A stretch of 64,000 bases of DNA from an uncultured bacterium (GTDB taxonomy: Bacteria; Patescibacteriota; Patescibacteriia; Patescibacteriales; UBA12465): positions 217,159 through 281,158 of the forward strand of contig OW818634.1 of assembly GCA_942492765.1 (NCBI GenBank), in the 5' to 3' direction. The position numbers were made by a program, and so were the translations under genes. Shown piece by piece: positions 16,036 through 23,701 of the stretch. The notes under the pieces are model-generated. The model was not told the origin of the DNA and did no database searches. It was given only the letters and a program-made list of their open reading frames with translations. Every line of letters starts with the position of its first letter. Position 1 is the first letter of the stretch.

Positions 16036-18075
16036 CTTCCCTTCTTTTTGCAAAGCCTCGATCTGATCTAGATAATATAAAGCATGAGCATTCTTCCTTT
16101 CTTGCCACAAAGCCGCGCGCCACTCGCCTGCGGCTTTTTTATATTCTCCCAGCTGCCAATAAGCCAAGCCCATTTCATTGCGCATTCCCGGCAGACCCGA
16201 ACCAGCTTCTAAAGCGCGCTGATAATAATATAAAGCTTTCCGCAGGTTAGCGGGATCGCCATAGCCAGCATAGAGGCCCGCGAGGCTATAAAGAGCCCGC
16301 TCTTGATCTGGAAAGGCAAAGAGGATTTCCCGATAGATCTCTTCGGCTAATTCCGGCATTCCGGCTAGCTGAGCTAAATTAGCTAAGCGGAACTGCGTAG
16401 CCGTGCTGGCTCCGGCGGTCAGCCCTCTCAGCTCGCTCTTGAAGGCCCATTTATCCAAGCTCAGGGCTTTTACTTCTGCCGGGCTATATTTATCGGTATT
16501 TATCAAAATGACCGTATAAGCGTCAAAATAGGCCAAATGCCATTTTTTGTCCCGCAGGATGCGGGCGAGGAATTGCTGCGCCCAAGGCGTGCCGTCGGTA
16601 TGGGTAAAGTAAATCGTCTTGAAATCATAAATCTTAGAATATTCATCCCACTTCGCCTGATCGCTCTGCAGCGGCTTATAGACTTCATTAAAGAAGGCGT
16701 TAGAATAAGCTTCCGGGCGATTATCGACAAAAACTTTCTCTTGCGGATAAAGCCAAAAGATAAGGGCGGAGCCGATATCATAGTTATTGAATATCGGACC
16801 GCTTAACCTCTTCTCTTTAAAGAAAGCGAGCGAGGCGTCATTACCGGCGCGCAAACCTAGGCCAAAGCTATTTCTGATTAGATAGTTATCGCGACGAGCA
16901 TCGGCGCGAAGATATAGGGCGATAACGGCGATGAGGATAAGGAGGCCGGTCAGGACATAATAATGAATACGAGGAAAAGGAGGGCGAAGACGAACCAGAA
17001 TTGGCGCCATATTCGCGCTGATGAGTATCAGGCTGACCAACCCGAATAAGGAAATATTACGCGAAGAGAATATTGCCAAGCCGCTGATAAGCAGGCTGAG
17101 AAAGATATCGGCTAGACGATCTTGAAAACGGGCGCGGCCGGTGCGGCTGAAAAAATAGAGCGCCCAGCTTAGCAAGAGCAACGCTCCGACTAGCTTGAAA
17201 AGAAAAAAATTATGATCGACCATCAGATGCTCCAAGAAGAAAACTGATTTATTCTCCGCGATCTCATAGCCGTAATTCTTAAAGATATTAAAAGGATAGA
17301 TCAAGCCGCGCCAGGTATTAGGATTAATGAGACAAGCTAAGGCCGAAGCGCTGAAGAGGCCTAGCCAGAAACGGCTGGCGCGCCAGGCTGATAAGAAATA
17401 AGCTGGCAGGCTCTTCTCTTTTTTCATCAAAGCGCCGATAAAAGCCGCGGCTGCCTTAAAGCCGACGAGCGCTAAGCCAATGAAGAAATAGATATGGATA
17501 TTCGCCCAGAGGACGAAAAGCGGCACTAAGAGCCAGAGCCGGCGATATCTTTTCGTCTCTTCTGCCGAATCTAGAAGCGCGTAAACCAAGAGGACAAAAA
17601 GATAGGAAATTATTTCTGGCCGGACTTCGACCCGTTCGCTTAATAGTAGTATAACCGGTAGCGACACTAGGCTTGCTAGGAAAAAACCGTCGACCTTAGC
17701 TCGCCCGAAAACATCTAGAGCATATAAGCTGATCTTCTGGCGAGCGATATAGAAAGCCAGGCTAAAGGCGGCGAGGATAATCAAGATATTAAAGATAGAG
17801 AGGCCAACAAAGCCGGCTAGCCGATAAATGGCGTAAACGATGACGCCATAGAGCCAATGATGATTAACGAAACGGAAATCCGGCTCGGTATAAGAATAGG
17901 CGTTATGGAATAAGATATCTGGCTCGCTCCAGACGGCGCGGCCGTTAGCAAGATGACGCCCTAAGTCAGAGTTCGTCAGGTCTATCGGCTGCAAAAAGAT
18001 AAGGACGACTAGGCCGAGGAGACCGAGAAAGACCAGCGCCTTTAATAATTTTTGCGATCTTAAGAAATCCAGCAT
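16027..18075 (-). CDS. polytopic membrane protein with C-terminal TPR repeats (putative GT-C-type glycosyltransferase)
   Basis: 682 aa; more than 10 predicted TM helices in the N-terminal two thirds; C-terminal TPR-like repeats (YYYQRALE, AYWQLGEYKKA). Confidence 0.65.
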   Translation of the reverse strand: MLDFLRSQKLLKALVFLGLLGLVVLIFLQPIDLTNSDLGRHLANGRAVWSEPDILFHNAYSYTEPDFRFVNHHWLYGVIVYAIYRLAGFVGLSIFNILIILAAFSLAFYIARQKISLYALDVFGRAKVDGFFLASLVSLPVILLLSERVEVRPEIISYLFVLLVYALLDSAEETKRYRRLWLLVPLFVLWANIHIYFFIGLALVGFKAAAAFIGALMKKEKSLPAYFLSAWRASRFWLGLFSASALACLINPNTWRGLIYPFNIFKNYGYEIAENKSVFFLEHLMVDHNFFLFKLVGALLLLSWALYFFSRTGRARFQDRLADIFLSLLISGLAIFSSRNISLFGLVSLILISANMAPILVRLRPPFPRIHYYVLTGLLILIAVIALYLRADARRDNYLIRNSFGLGLRAGNDASLAFFKEKRLSGPIFNNYDIGSALIFWLYPQEKVFVDNRPEAYSNAFFNEVYKPLQSDQAKWDEYSKIYDFKTIYFTHTDGTPWAQQFLARILRDKKWHLAYFDAYTVILINTDKYSPAEVKALSLDKWAFKSELRGLTAGASTATQFRLANLAQLAGMPELAEEIYREILFAFPDQERALYSLAGLYAGYGDPANLRKALYYYQRALEAGSGLPGMRNEMGLAYWQLGEYKKAAGEWRAALWQERKNAHALYYLDQIEALQKEGKLP

Positions 18076-18107
18076 GAGAAATTATCTTAAACTAGCCAGC
18101 TATTGCG

Positions 18108-18596
18108 TTATCTATTCAGGATCATCAAGGAAAAATTAAGCAGCGACGCAAAGCTGACCCAAAGGATATACGGAACCAAGAGCCAGGCCGCGGTTTTCGA
18201 TATTTTTCTAAAGACCAAGATAGTCCCAAGAATAGCGAGCCAGAGAATAATAACCTCGACAAAAGCGGCGAGCGGGCTATGCAGGCCGAAAAATAGGGCG
18301 GACCAGAGGATATTGAGGATAAGCTGGCCGCCGAATATGCCTAAGGCTATCCGAACTTCCCTCTTTTCCCAGCCTCTTTTCCAAACTAGGAAAGCAGCGA
18401 TACCCATGAGCAGGAAGAGCGCGGTCCAGACCGGAGCGAAGATCCAGGACGGCGGATTAAAAGAGGGCTTAATTAGGGTCGAGTACCAAGTCGAAATCGA
18501 TGGCGCCGTGAATAAAGAGCCGAGAGCGCCAGCGGCTTGCGGCACTAGGATCGCCACGATAAGCTTAGCTAGGTCATTTTTTTTCATATAGTGCAA
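18108..18596 (-). CDS. tspO: TspO/MBR family tryptophan-rich sensory protein
   Basis: KPSFNPPSWIFAPVWTALFLLMGIA and five TM helices; the mirror plus-strand ORF is spurious. Confidence 0.9.
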   Translation of the reverse strand: MHYMKKNDLAKLIVAILVPQAAGALGSLFTAPSISTWYSTLIKPSFNPPSWIFAPVWTALFLLMGIAAFLVWKRGWEKREVRIALGIFGGQLILNILWSALFFGLHSPLAAFVEVIILWLAILGTILVFRKISKTAAWLLVPYILWVSFASLLNFSLMILNR

Positions 18597-18732
18597 GAAT
18601 TAGAGCTTTATATTTATATATTTTACCAAAATAAGCCTGAAAACGCTAATATTGACATAAGTCGGGTATTTGCTAGAATAAAGACATAAAATGTTTTAAA
18701 GCATTTTTGTTTTTTGAAGGACAAAAACATAT

Positions 18733-18807
18733 TCCCGGGTAGCGCAGCGGTAGCGCAGTTGGCTGTTAACCAATTGGTCGTCGGTTCGAATCCGACCCCG
18801 GGAGCCA
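18733..18807 (+). tRNA. tRNA-Asn (anticodon GTT), CCA encoded
   Basis: Cloverleaf folded by hand: acceptor TCCCGGG/CCCGGGA, D-stem GCGC/GCGC, anticodon stem GTTGG/CCAAT with loop CTGTTAA, T-arm GTCGG-TTCGAAT-CCGAC, discriminator G, CCA at 18805-18807. Confidence 0.95.
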
Positions 18808-18815
18808 TATGGGAT

Positions 18816-18840
18816 GAGCAGAGCCAAAAGCTCTGCTTTT
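18816..18840 (+). terminator. intrinsic terminator after tRNA-Asn
   Basis: AGCAGAGC-CAAAA-GCTCTGCT then TTTT. Confidence 0.75.
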
Positions 18841-19008
18841 CTCTTTATCTACTGGCTTATTCAGATGTTCGAATATTTTATTTTGGTCTATTTTCTCTTC
18901 CATAAGCTCGCCTACTCGGTCAAAGATGATTTTAAACGCTTTGTGAAAGGAGGCCTCGACTTTTTTGCCGTATATACTTTATAAAAAATCAGCCATCCTG
19001 GAAGATAC

Positions 19009-19042
19009 AAAACCGCCCTCTATTTTCATAGAAGACGGTTTT
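19009..19042 (-). terminator. intrinsic terminator after DUF378 gene (wobble pairs only in minus-strand RNA)
   Basis: 10-bp stem CCGUCUUCUA/UAGAGGGCGG then UUUU. Confidence 0.65.
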
Positions 19043-19063
19043 TCAATCAGATTAAAAAAAAGC

Positions 19064-19270
19064 TTACTGTTTAGCAAGCTTCATGGATATAGCGGCGAGG
19101 TAGACAGCGGCAAGCCCGACGAGAGCGTACACGACTCTTGAGAGCGCGGACATATCACCGAAGATAGTAGCTACAAGGTCAAATTTCAAAATACCGACCA
19201 ACCCCCAATTTAAACCGCCGACAATGACTAATACCAAAGCGATCCAGTCGAAAGCATTAAATTTATTCAT
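19064..19270 (-). CDS. DUF378 domain small membrane protein
   Basis: 68 aa; FDWIALVLVIVGGLNWGLVG DUF378 signature; two TM helices. Confidence 0.8.
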   Translation of the reverse strand: MNKFNAFDWIALVLVIVGGLNWGLVGILKFDLVATIFGDMSALSRVVYALVGLAAVYLAAISMKLAKQ

Positions 19271-19411
19271 AATATTATTTTATTTTTAATGACTTAGTAT
19301 GCGTTTCGACCTCCAACACATATAAAATTATTATATCACAAATCTCGCAAAAGATGATATACTTAATGTACAGATTATGACTGCAAAAGCTAAATTACAA
19401 AATAAAATCTT

Positions 19412-19864
19412 ATGACAGTCCTATGGATTGATAGCATCGGACTATTTCTGTTGCTCGCCGGTTTTGTGATCGGCCTTGGCGCGGTGACAGTCATTGATAT
19501 CCACGGCTTTCTCGGACGAAAGTCATCATACTGGACCGAGGCCACGACCCGAACACATAAAGTTACCAAGCCTATGATCTGGGCTGGTATCATACTTGCT
19601 ATTGTCGGTGGCCTGATTTTTTACCGCGAACAAAGTTTCTCCGGCATTCCCCTTATTCATGCCCTGATTGCCCTCGCTCTCATAGTTAACGGCTATTTCC
19701 TCTCTTTCAAAGTCAGTCCATTTTTATTGAAGCGGGAAAAAGAGGGGTTGTCCGGAGAACTTTTGCCGGCTTCTTGGCAAAGGAAAATTATGGCGAGTCT
19801 TGTCGTGTCAGACATCGGCTGGTGGGGCGGATTGCTTCTCTTGGCCATATATCTTGTAAGCTGA
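19412..19864 (+). CDS. hypothetical 4-TM membrane protein
   Basis: ORF track; four hydrophobic helices; 12 nt upstream of the next gene. Confidence 0.6.
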   Translation: MTVLWIDSIGLFLLLAGFVIGLGAVTVIDIHGFLGRKSSYWTEATTRTHKVTKPMIWAGIILAIVGGLIFYREQSFSGIPLIHALIALALIVNGYFLSFKVSPFLLKREKEGLSGELLPASWQRKIMASLVVSDIGWWGGLLLLAIYLVS

Positions 19865-19876
19865 TAACAAATATTT

Positions 19877-20389
19877 ATGAGAAAAAAGGCCGTAAAAGTG
19901 AACGACAAATTCCAGAAAGGCTACAAATACGAACTTACCGAACCGGTGGAACGGAATTTCCATCCTGACTTTAAGCCGGAACTTACGCCAAAGCAAATGC
20001 TCGCGCTTGGCGTTTTTGGCGGCAAGTACATGACCGACTGCAAAAAGGAATTTCCAAAAGACTGGTTTACCCGCGCCAAGCTTTCGCCCGAGCATCACGA
20101 CGATACGCTGAACTACTTTCACAAACACGCCAGCCAGCCACTCCAAGTTTGGCAGAAAAAAGGATGGATCAACGAAGAGCACGATCCGCGCGGCTGGTTC
20201 CAGTGGTATTGCCGCTACTATATGGGTAGGCGGCTACCGGACGAAGACGAACGACAGATCAAGCGCTGGAAAGCCATCAGTCGGCACATCTCGCAGATCA
20301 AAAAGAATTGTCGTCCGAAAGATTTAACTTGCCGTCCTACTCAAAGGCAGGCAGTGCTCCACTGGGCATACGACAGCCGGAAAATGTGA
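19877..20389 (+). CDS. conserved hypothetical protein (PRGWFQWYCRYYMGRR...RQIKRW motif)
   Basis: ORF track; visibly GC-richer than its surroundings; the motif looks like a conserved family that I cannot name with confidence. Confidence 0.65.
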   Translation: MRKKAVKVNDKFQKGYKYELTEPVERNFHPDFKPELTPKQMLALGVFGGKYMTDCKKEFPKDWFTRAKLSPEHHDDTLNYFHKHASQPLQVWQKKGWINEEHDPRGWFQWYCRYYMGRRLPDEDERQIKRWKAISRHISQIKKNCRPKDLTCRPTQRQAVLHWAYDSRKM

Positions 20390-20558
20390 CCGGAATTTGC
20401 TTAACTTTTCAAAAATTAAGTAAATCGCCCCACGCTCTCAAATTTCGCATTACGGCTCGGCTGGTTTACAAACAGTGCCCAACGTCTAGACCGTCGGATA
20501 CTTATACTCTTTGATCCAGTCAAATGCTTAAAAATCAGATAGAAGGGCGAGCAAGCAT

Positions 20559-20585
20559 AAAAACCCTTGATTTACATGGGTTTTT
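20559..20585 (+). terminator. weak hairpin plus T-run (AAAAACCC-N11-GGGTTTTT)
   Basis: Read directly; only three G-C pairs. Confidence 0.45.
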
Positions 20586-20628
20586 ATTATACACCAGATT
20601 AGATTCGAACTAAATTAAAGTATAAAGA

Positions 20629-20657
20629 TTGACAAAAATATACTTAAATGCTATATT
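20629..20657 (+). promoter_or_regulatory. promoter copy P1: TTGACA-17-TATATT with internal inverted repeat AAATATA-N9-TATATTT
   Basis: Near-identical (~42 bp) to 21203-21231 and flanks. Confidence 0.7.
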
Positions 20658-20695
20658 TATTTATTACATAGATCATTGAAAAATAGGACTAACTG

Positions 20696-20743
20696 GGTTA
20701 ATTACTAAAGCTATCTTCTTTTAGGTGGGGTTAGTAATTAACC
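20696..20743 (+). promoter_or_regulatory. 13-bp perfect stem-loop in the 5' leader of the 99-aa gene
   Basis: GGTTAATTACTAA (20696-20708), 22-nt loop, TTAGTAATTAACC (20731-20743). Confidence 0.7.
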
Positions 20744-20770
20744 TAATATTAATCCTAAAACCAAATAAAA

Positions 20771-21070
20771 ATGAAAAAAGTAATAAATACGGTAGGCTAC
20801 GGCACTACGGAAGGTCTTGCCGATCAAATAACTTTACCTAATGGGCATTTAATTCATACTGAAATTGACTCATTACTTTCAGACGCAGCCGCAAAAAAAG
20901 GGTGTGCCGTAAAAACAGTTGAATTCTTTGGTGCTTGTATTTCCGCAAACCTTGACTACCGTGCTCATAGGAAATTTCCGATTCAGGTTGATGAAGTTAG
21001 CGTAGCTGATTTTATCGACAGAATTGCCACCTCAAAAGAACGCAAAGAGTTCATGAGACAAGTGATGTAG
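20771..21070 (+). CDS. hypothetical 99-aa protein
   Basis: ORF track; own promoter, long leader and terminator. Confidence 0.55.
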   Translation: MKKVINTVGYGTTEGLADQITLPNGHLIHTEIDSLLSDAAAKKGCAVKTVEFFGACISANLDYRAHRKFPIQVDEVSVADFIDRIATSKERKEFMRQVM

Positions 21071-21097
21071 TTGGATATCTGAAAAAAATAAAAATTT

Positions 21098-21127
21098 AAG
21101 CCTTGGAATATATAAAATCCAGGGCTT
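21098..21127 (+). terminator. intrinsic terminator after 99-aa gene
   Basis: AAGCCTTGG-N12-CCAGGGCTT (one G-U pair) then TTAATTT. Confidence 0.6.
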
Positions 21128-21202
21128 TTAATTTACCCAAACTAATCTTAACCGCTGGCTATATTCTATAAAGTTCAGTAAATATACAATCCACGGAACA
21201 TA

Positions 21203-21231
21203 TTGACTAAAATATACCTAAATGGTATATT
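21203..21231 (+). promoter_or_regulatory. promoter copy P2: TTGACT-17-TATATT with perfect 8-bp inverted repeat AAATATAC-N7-GTATATTT
   Basis: Near-identical to 20629-20657. Confidence 0.7.
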
Positions 21232-21274
21232 TTTTTATTACTTTAACAATTAATATCCACATAAAACTCGAAAA

Positions 21275-21445
21275 ATGTGTACCGGAGAAAAAGATTGCAA
21301 ATGCGATAATTGCGTTGCGAAAACACACCCTAAATGGTGCTGTTGCGCAATATGCGTAAGATCTGGAAATAATCAGAAGCCACTGAGCGCTCCAGATGGT
21401 CATGAAGCCTGGTGCCGCTGCGGCAAATGCGTAGGCAAAAGATAA
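21275..21445 (+). CDS. unannotated Cys-rich small protein, 56 aa, 11 Cys and 2 His (metallothionein-like or zinc-knuckle-like)
   Basis: Below the track's apparent size cutoff (no listed ORF is shorter than 60 aa). Codon-by-codon hand translation: MCTGEKDCKCDNCVAKTHPKWCCCAICVRSGNNQKPLSAPDGHEAWCRCGKCVGKR, stop TAA at 21443-21445; promoter upstream and terminator downstream. Confidence 0.55.
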   Translation: MCTGEKDCKCDNCVAKTHPKWCCCAICVRSGNNQKPLSAPDGHEAWCRCGKCVGKR

Positions 21446-21465
21446 ATTATCGTTTATCTAACATA

Positions 21466-21492
21466 AAGGAAGCCTTATAGACTTCCTTTTTT
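21466..21492. terminator. bidirectional intrinsic terminator
   Basis: AAGGAAG-N9-CTTCCTT then TTTT; sits between convergent genes. Confidence 0.7.
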
Positions 21493-21508
21493 ATTTCCCT
21501 TTAATATA

Positions 21509-22351
21509 TTATTCAACGCAAGTCTCGTAAATATCTTTTGGAATCTGGAGCTTAGCCATCAGGCTGCATTCTGGATCATTAGCCCCTCTATATACCTCTT
21601 CCCAGGCATCGCCGTCTTTCTTCATTATGACCGAACTAGTGGACGTCGGATATATTATGGTTAGCTTTATGGCTTCCTTCCCAAGCATAACCGGCACAAC
21701 TGTGACGATCTTATTATCTGTCTTCAAGCCTAATAGGAACGGCATCTGATTGGCGGTCGCCTGAATTGCGTCTTCATTATAGAAACATCCGACTTTAAGA
21801 TTCTTAGGCGCGCTGTCTTCTGAGGCCGTTATCAGGCAGAACTCTTCATTATCTAAGATATAGGCTCGAGTATAATCCTTAAAATCGCCTTCGAGCTTAG
21901 CCATGGACGAGACATCGGTCTTAGAAACCGAGGAATTAGCCTTATTAAGCTTGAAGCCCTTGCTTAAGAAGATATTTTCCGCGATATCCGCTAAATCCTT
22001 AGGAGAATCGTAATTTACATTTAAGAAACCGATATTATTCTGGACAAAGATATTATAATCCTTGCCTGTTATCCAGCGGCTCTTAGTTTTAAGATCTGGC
22101 TGTGCGCGCAGATTCATCTGCTCATCCAATATGCCCAGCTTCCCTTCTATCCCGTAGTTATCCTTGATCTTATTATAAATCTCGGTCAAGGCTGATTTAG
22201 CGGCCAAGCCCTTGGCTAACGGCGCCTGAGAAGTGTTCTCCTGGGATGGCTGGTTAGCGGCTGGCGGCTGGTTTCCTAAAATTGCCGGACGGCTGCAGCC
22301 CGCGACTAAGAATAAAGATAAGCTCAAGAAAGAAACAATGATCTTTTTCAT
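21509..22351 (-). CDS. putative lipoprotein, function unknown
   Basis: Signal peptide with lipobox LVAGC; no recognisable domain. Confidence 0.6.
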   Translation of the reverse strand: MKKIIVSFLSLSLFLVAGCSRPAILGNQPPAANQPSQENTSQAPLAKGLAAKSALTEIYNKIKDNYGIEGKLGILDEQMNLRAQPDLKTKSRWITGKDYNIFVQNNIGFLNVNYDSPKDLADIAENIFLSKGFKLNKANSSVSKTDVSSMAKLEGDFKDYTRAYILDNEEFCLITASEDSAPKNLKVGCFYNEDAIQATANQMPFLLGLKTDNKIVTVVPVMLGKEAIKLTIIYPTSTSSVIMKKDGDAWEEVYRGANDPECSLMAKLQIPKDIYETCVE

Positions 22352-22392
22352 AAGACGATCTTAAATGATTATACTATCATTATATTCTATTT

Positions 22393-23685
22393 TTAATAAT
22401 CCCTCAACTTTTCCAGTCCTTTGAATTTTCTGATCTTCTCTAAGGACTTGGATTCGATCTGGCGAATACGTTCGCGCGTGACTTCGAATTCCTGTCCGAC
22501 TTCTTCTAGAGTGTGGGCGACGCCGTCGACCAGACCGAAGCGCATTTCTAAAATCTTCTGTTCGCGCGGCGATAGCTGGGCCACGATATTCTTCACATAG
22601 TCTTTTAATAACTGTAAGGCAGCGGCGCGATCCGGCGTGACATTCTTCACGTCTTCGATAAAATCTTCCAAAGTCGAATCTTCGTCATCATCGCCGATAG
22701 TCGTCTCTAGAGATATAGTATCTTGCGAAATCTTCATGATATATCTGACCTTATCGATATCTTCTCCCATTTCCGAAGCGATCTCGTCAGCTAAAGGCTC
22801 GCGGCCTAATTCCTGAATCAGGTTGCGCTGGACTTGCTGGAATTTATTGATCGTCTCAACCATGTGGACCGGGATGCGGATGGTTCTGGACTGGTCAGCT
22901 AAAGCGCGCGTAATCGCTTGGCGTATCCACCAGGTCGCGTAAGTCGAGAACTTATAGCCTTTGCGATATTCGAATTTCTCAACCGCGCGGAATAAGCCGA
23001 TATTGCCTTCTTGGATAAGATCCAATAAGCTCATGCCTTTAGCGCCGGCGAATTTCTTAGCGATAGAGACGACTAGGCGCAGGTTTGCTTCGATAATCCT
23101 CTTTTCCGCTTCCTTATCGCCCTTTTCCTTGCGCTTAGCCAGTTCAACTTCTTCGTCGCCGCTCAATAACGGGACTTTGCCGATCTCTTTCAAATACATC
23201 TGGATAGAATCAGCGCTCAGTTTCGACAGGTCGACGTTTAGCGCGTTCTGATGCGCCAAAGCTTTTCCGGTCAAAGGCGGTTCAGCCGCTTTCTTCTCAG
23301 CTGTATCTAAGATGCGGCCGGAATCTTCCATGATCCTGACGCCGCTCTTCTGCAATTCGCCCAAAAAGACGTCGTATTCATAAACATACTCTTCCACTTC
23401 CGGGAAAAGGTATAACAATTCAGTCTCAGTGATGAAGCCGCGCAAGCGCCCCTTCTCAATCAGCTTCTTCAGCTGCTCTTCGGTCGGCTTAACGACCGGC
23501 TTAGCTTCTCGCGCTGGCGCGACTTTAACGCCTTTCAGGCCATGGCTTGAGAAATTCTTCTTCGCCTTTTTCGCCGTGCCGCGGACATTCTTTTTAGGCT
23601 TAGCCTTAGGGGCTGGCTTAGCTTTTGGCTTCGGCGCTGGCTTGCGAGCCGGCTTCTTATTTTTCGCTTTAGTGTTTTTAACCAT
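22393..23685 (-). CDS. rpoD: primary RNA polymerase sigma factor RpoD with ~70-aa Lys/Ala/Pro-rich N-terminal tail
   Basis: Regions 1.1-4.2 recognisable ([40 protein letters not shown]). Confidence 0.95.
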   Translation of the reverse strand: MVKNTKAKNKKPARKPAPKPKAKPAPKAKPKKNVRGTAKKAKKNFSSHGLKGVKVAPAREAKPVVKPTEEQLKKLIEKGRLRGFITETELLYLFPEVEEYVYEYDVFLGELQKSGVRIMEDSGRILDTAEKKAAEPPLTGKALAHQNALNVDLSKLSADSIQMYLKEIGKVPLLSGDEEVELAKRKEKGDKEAEKRIIEANLRLVVSIAKKFAGAKGMSLLDLIQEGNIGLFRAVEKFEYRKGYKFSTYATWWIRQAITRALADQSRTIRIPVHMVETINKFQQVQRNLIQELGREPLADEIASEMGEDIDKVRYIMKISQDTISLETTIGDDDEDSTLEDFIEDVKNVTPDRAAALQLLKDYVKNIVAQLSPREQKILEMRFGLVDGVAHTLEEVGQEFEVTRERIRQIESKSLEKIRKFKGLEKLRDY

Positions 23686-23701
23686 ATGACGAAGTGATTA
23701 T

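Noticed and set aside
18103-18591. Mirror-image 162-aa ORFs on both strands at the tspO locus.
   Set aside because: Only the minus-strand product has the TspO/MBR signature and five TM helices. The plus-strand product is unrelated to any family.
18623-18808. 61-aa minus-strand ORF and a ~50-codon ORF from 18903.
   Set aside because: Both read antisense through tRNA-Asn; they are artefacts.
18867-18874. Searched for a direct repeat of the tRNA-Asn 3' end to delimit an island. Found GTTCGAAT at 18867-18874 and GATTCGAAC (reverse orientation) at 20602-20610.
   Set aside because: Matches of 8-9 nt are expected by chance in 64 kb, and no integrase is nearby.
20699-20709. The 11-mer AATTACTAAAG recurs at 15342-15352, with a similar AATTACTAAG at 2481-2490.
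   Set aside because: Hundreds of identical 11-mer pairs are expected by chance in a 64-kb window, more so in AT-rich spacers. It is not evidence for a shared motif.
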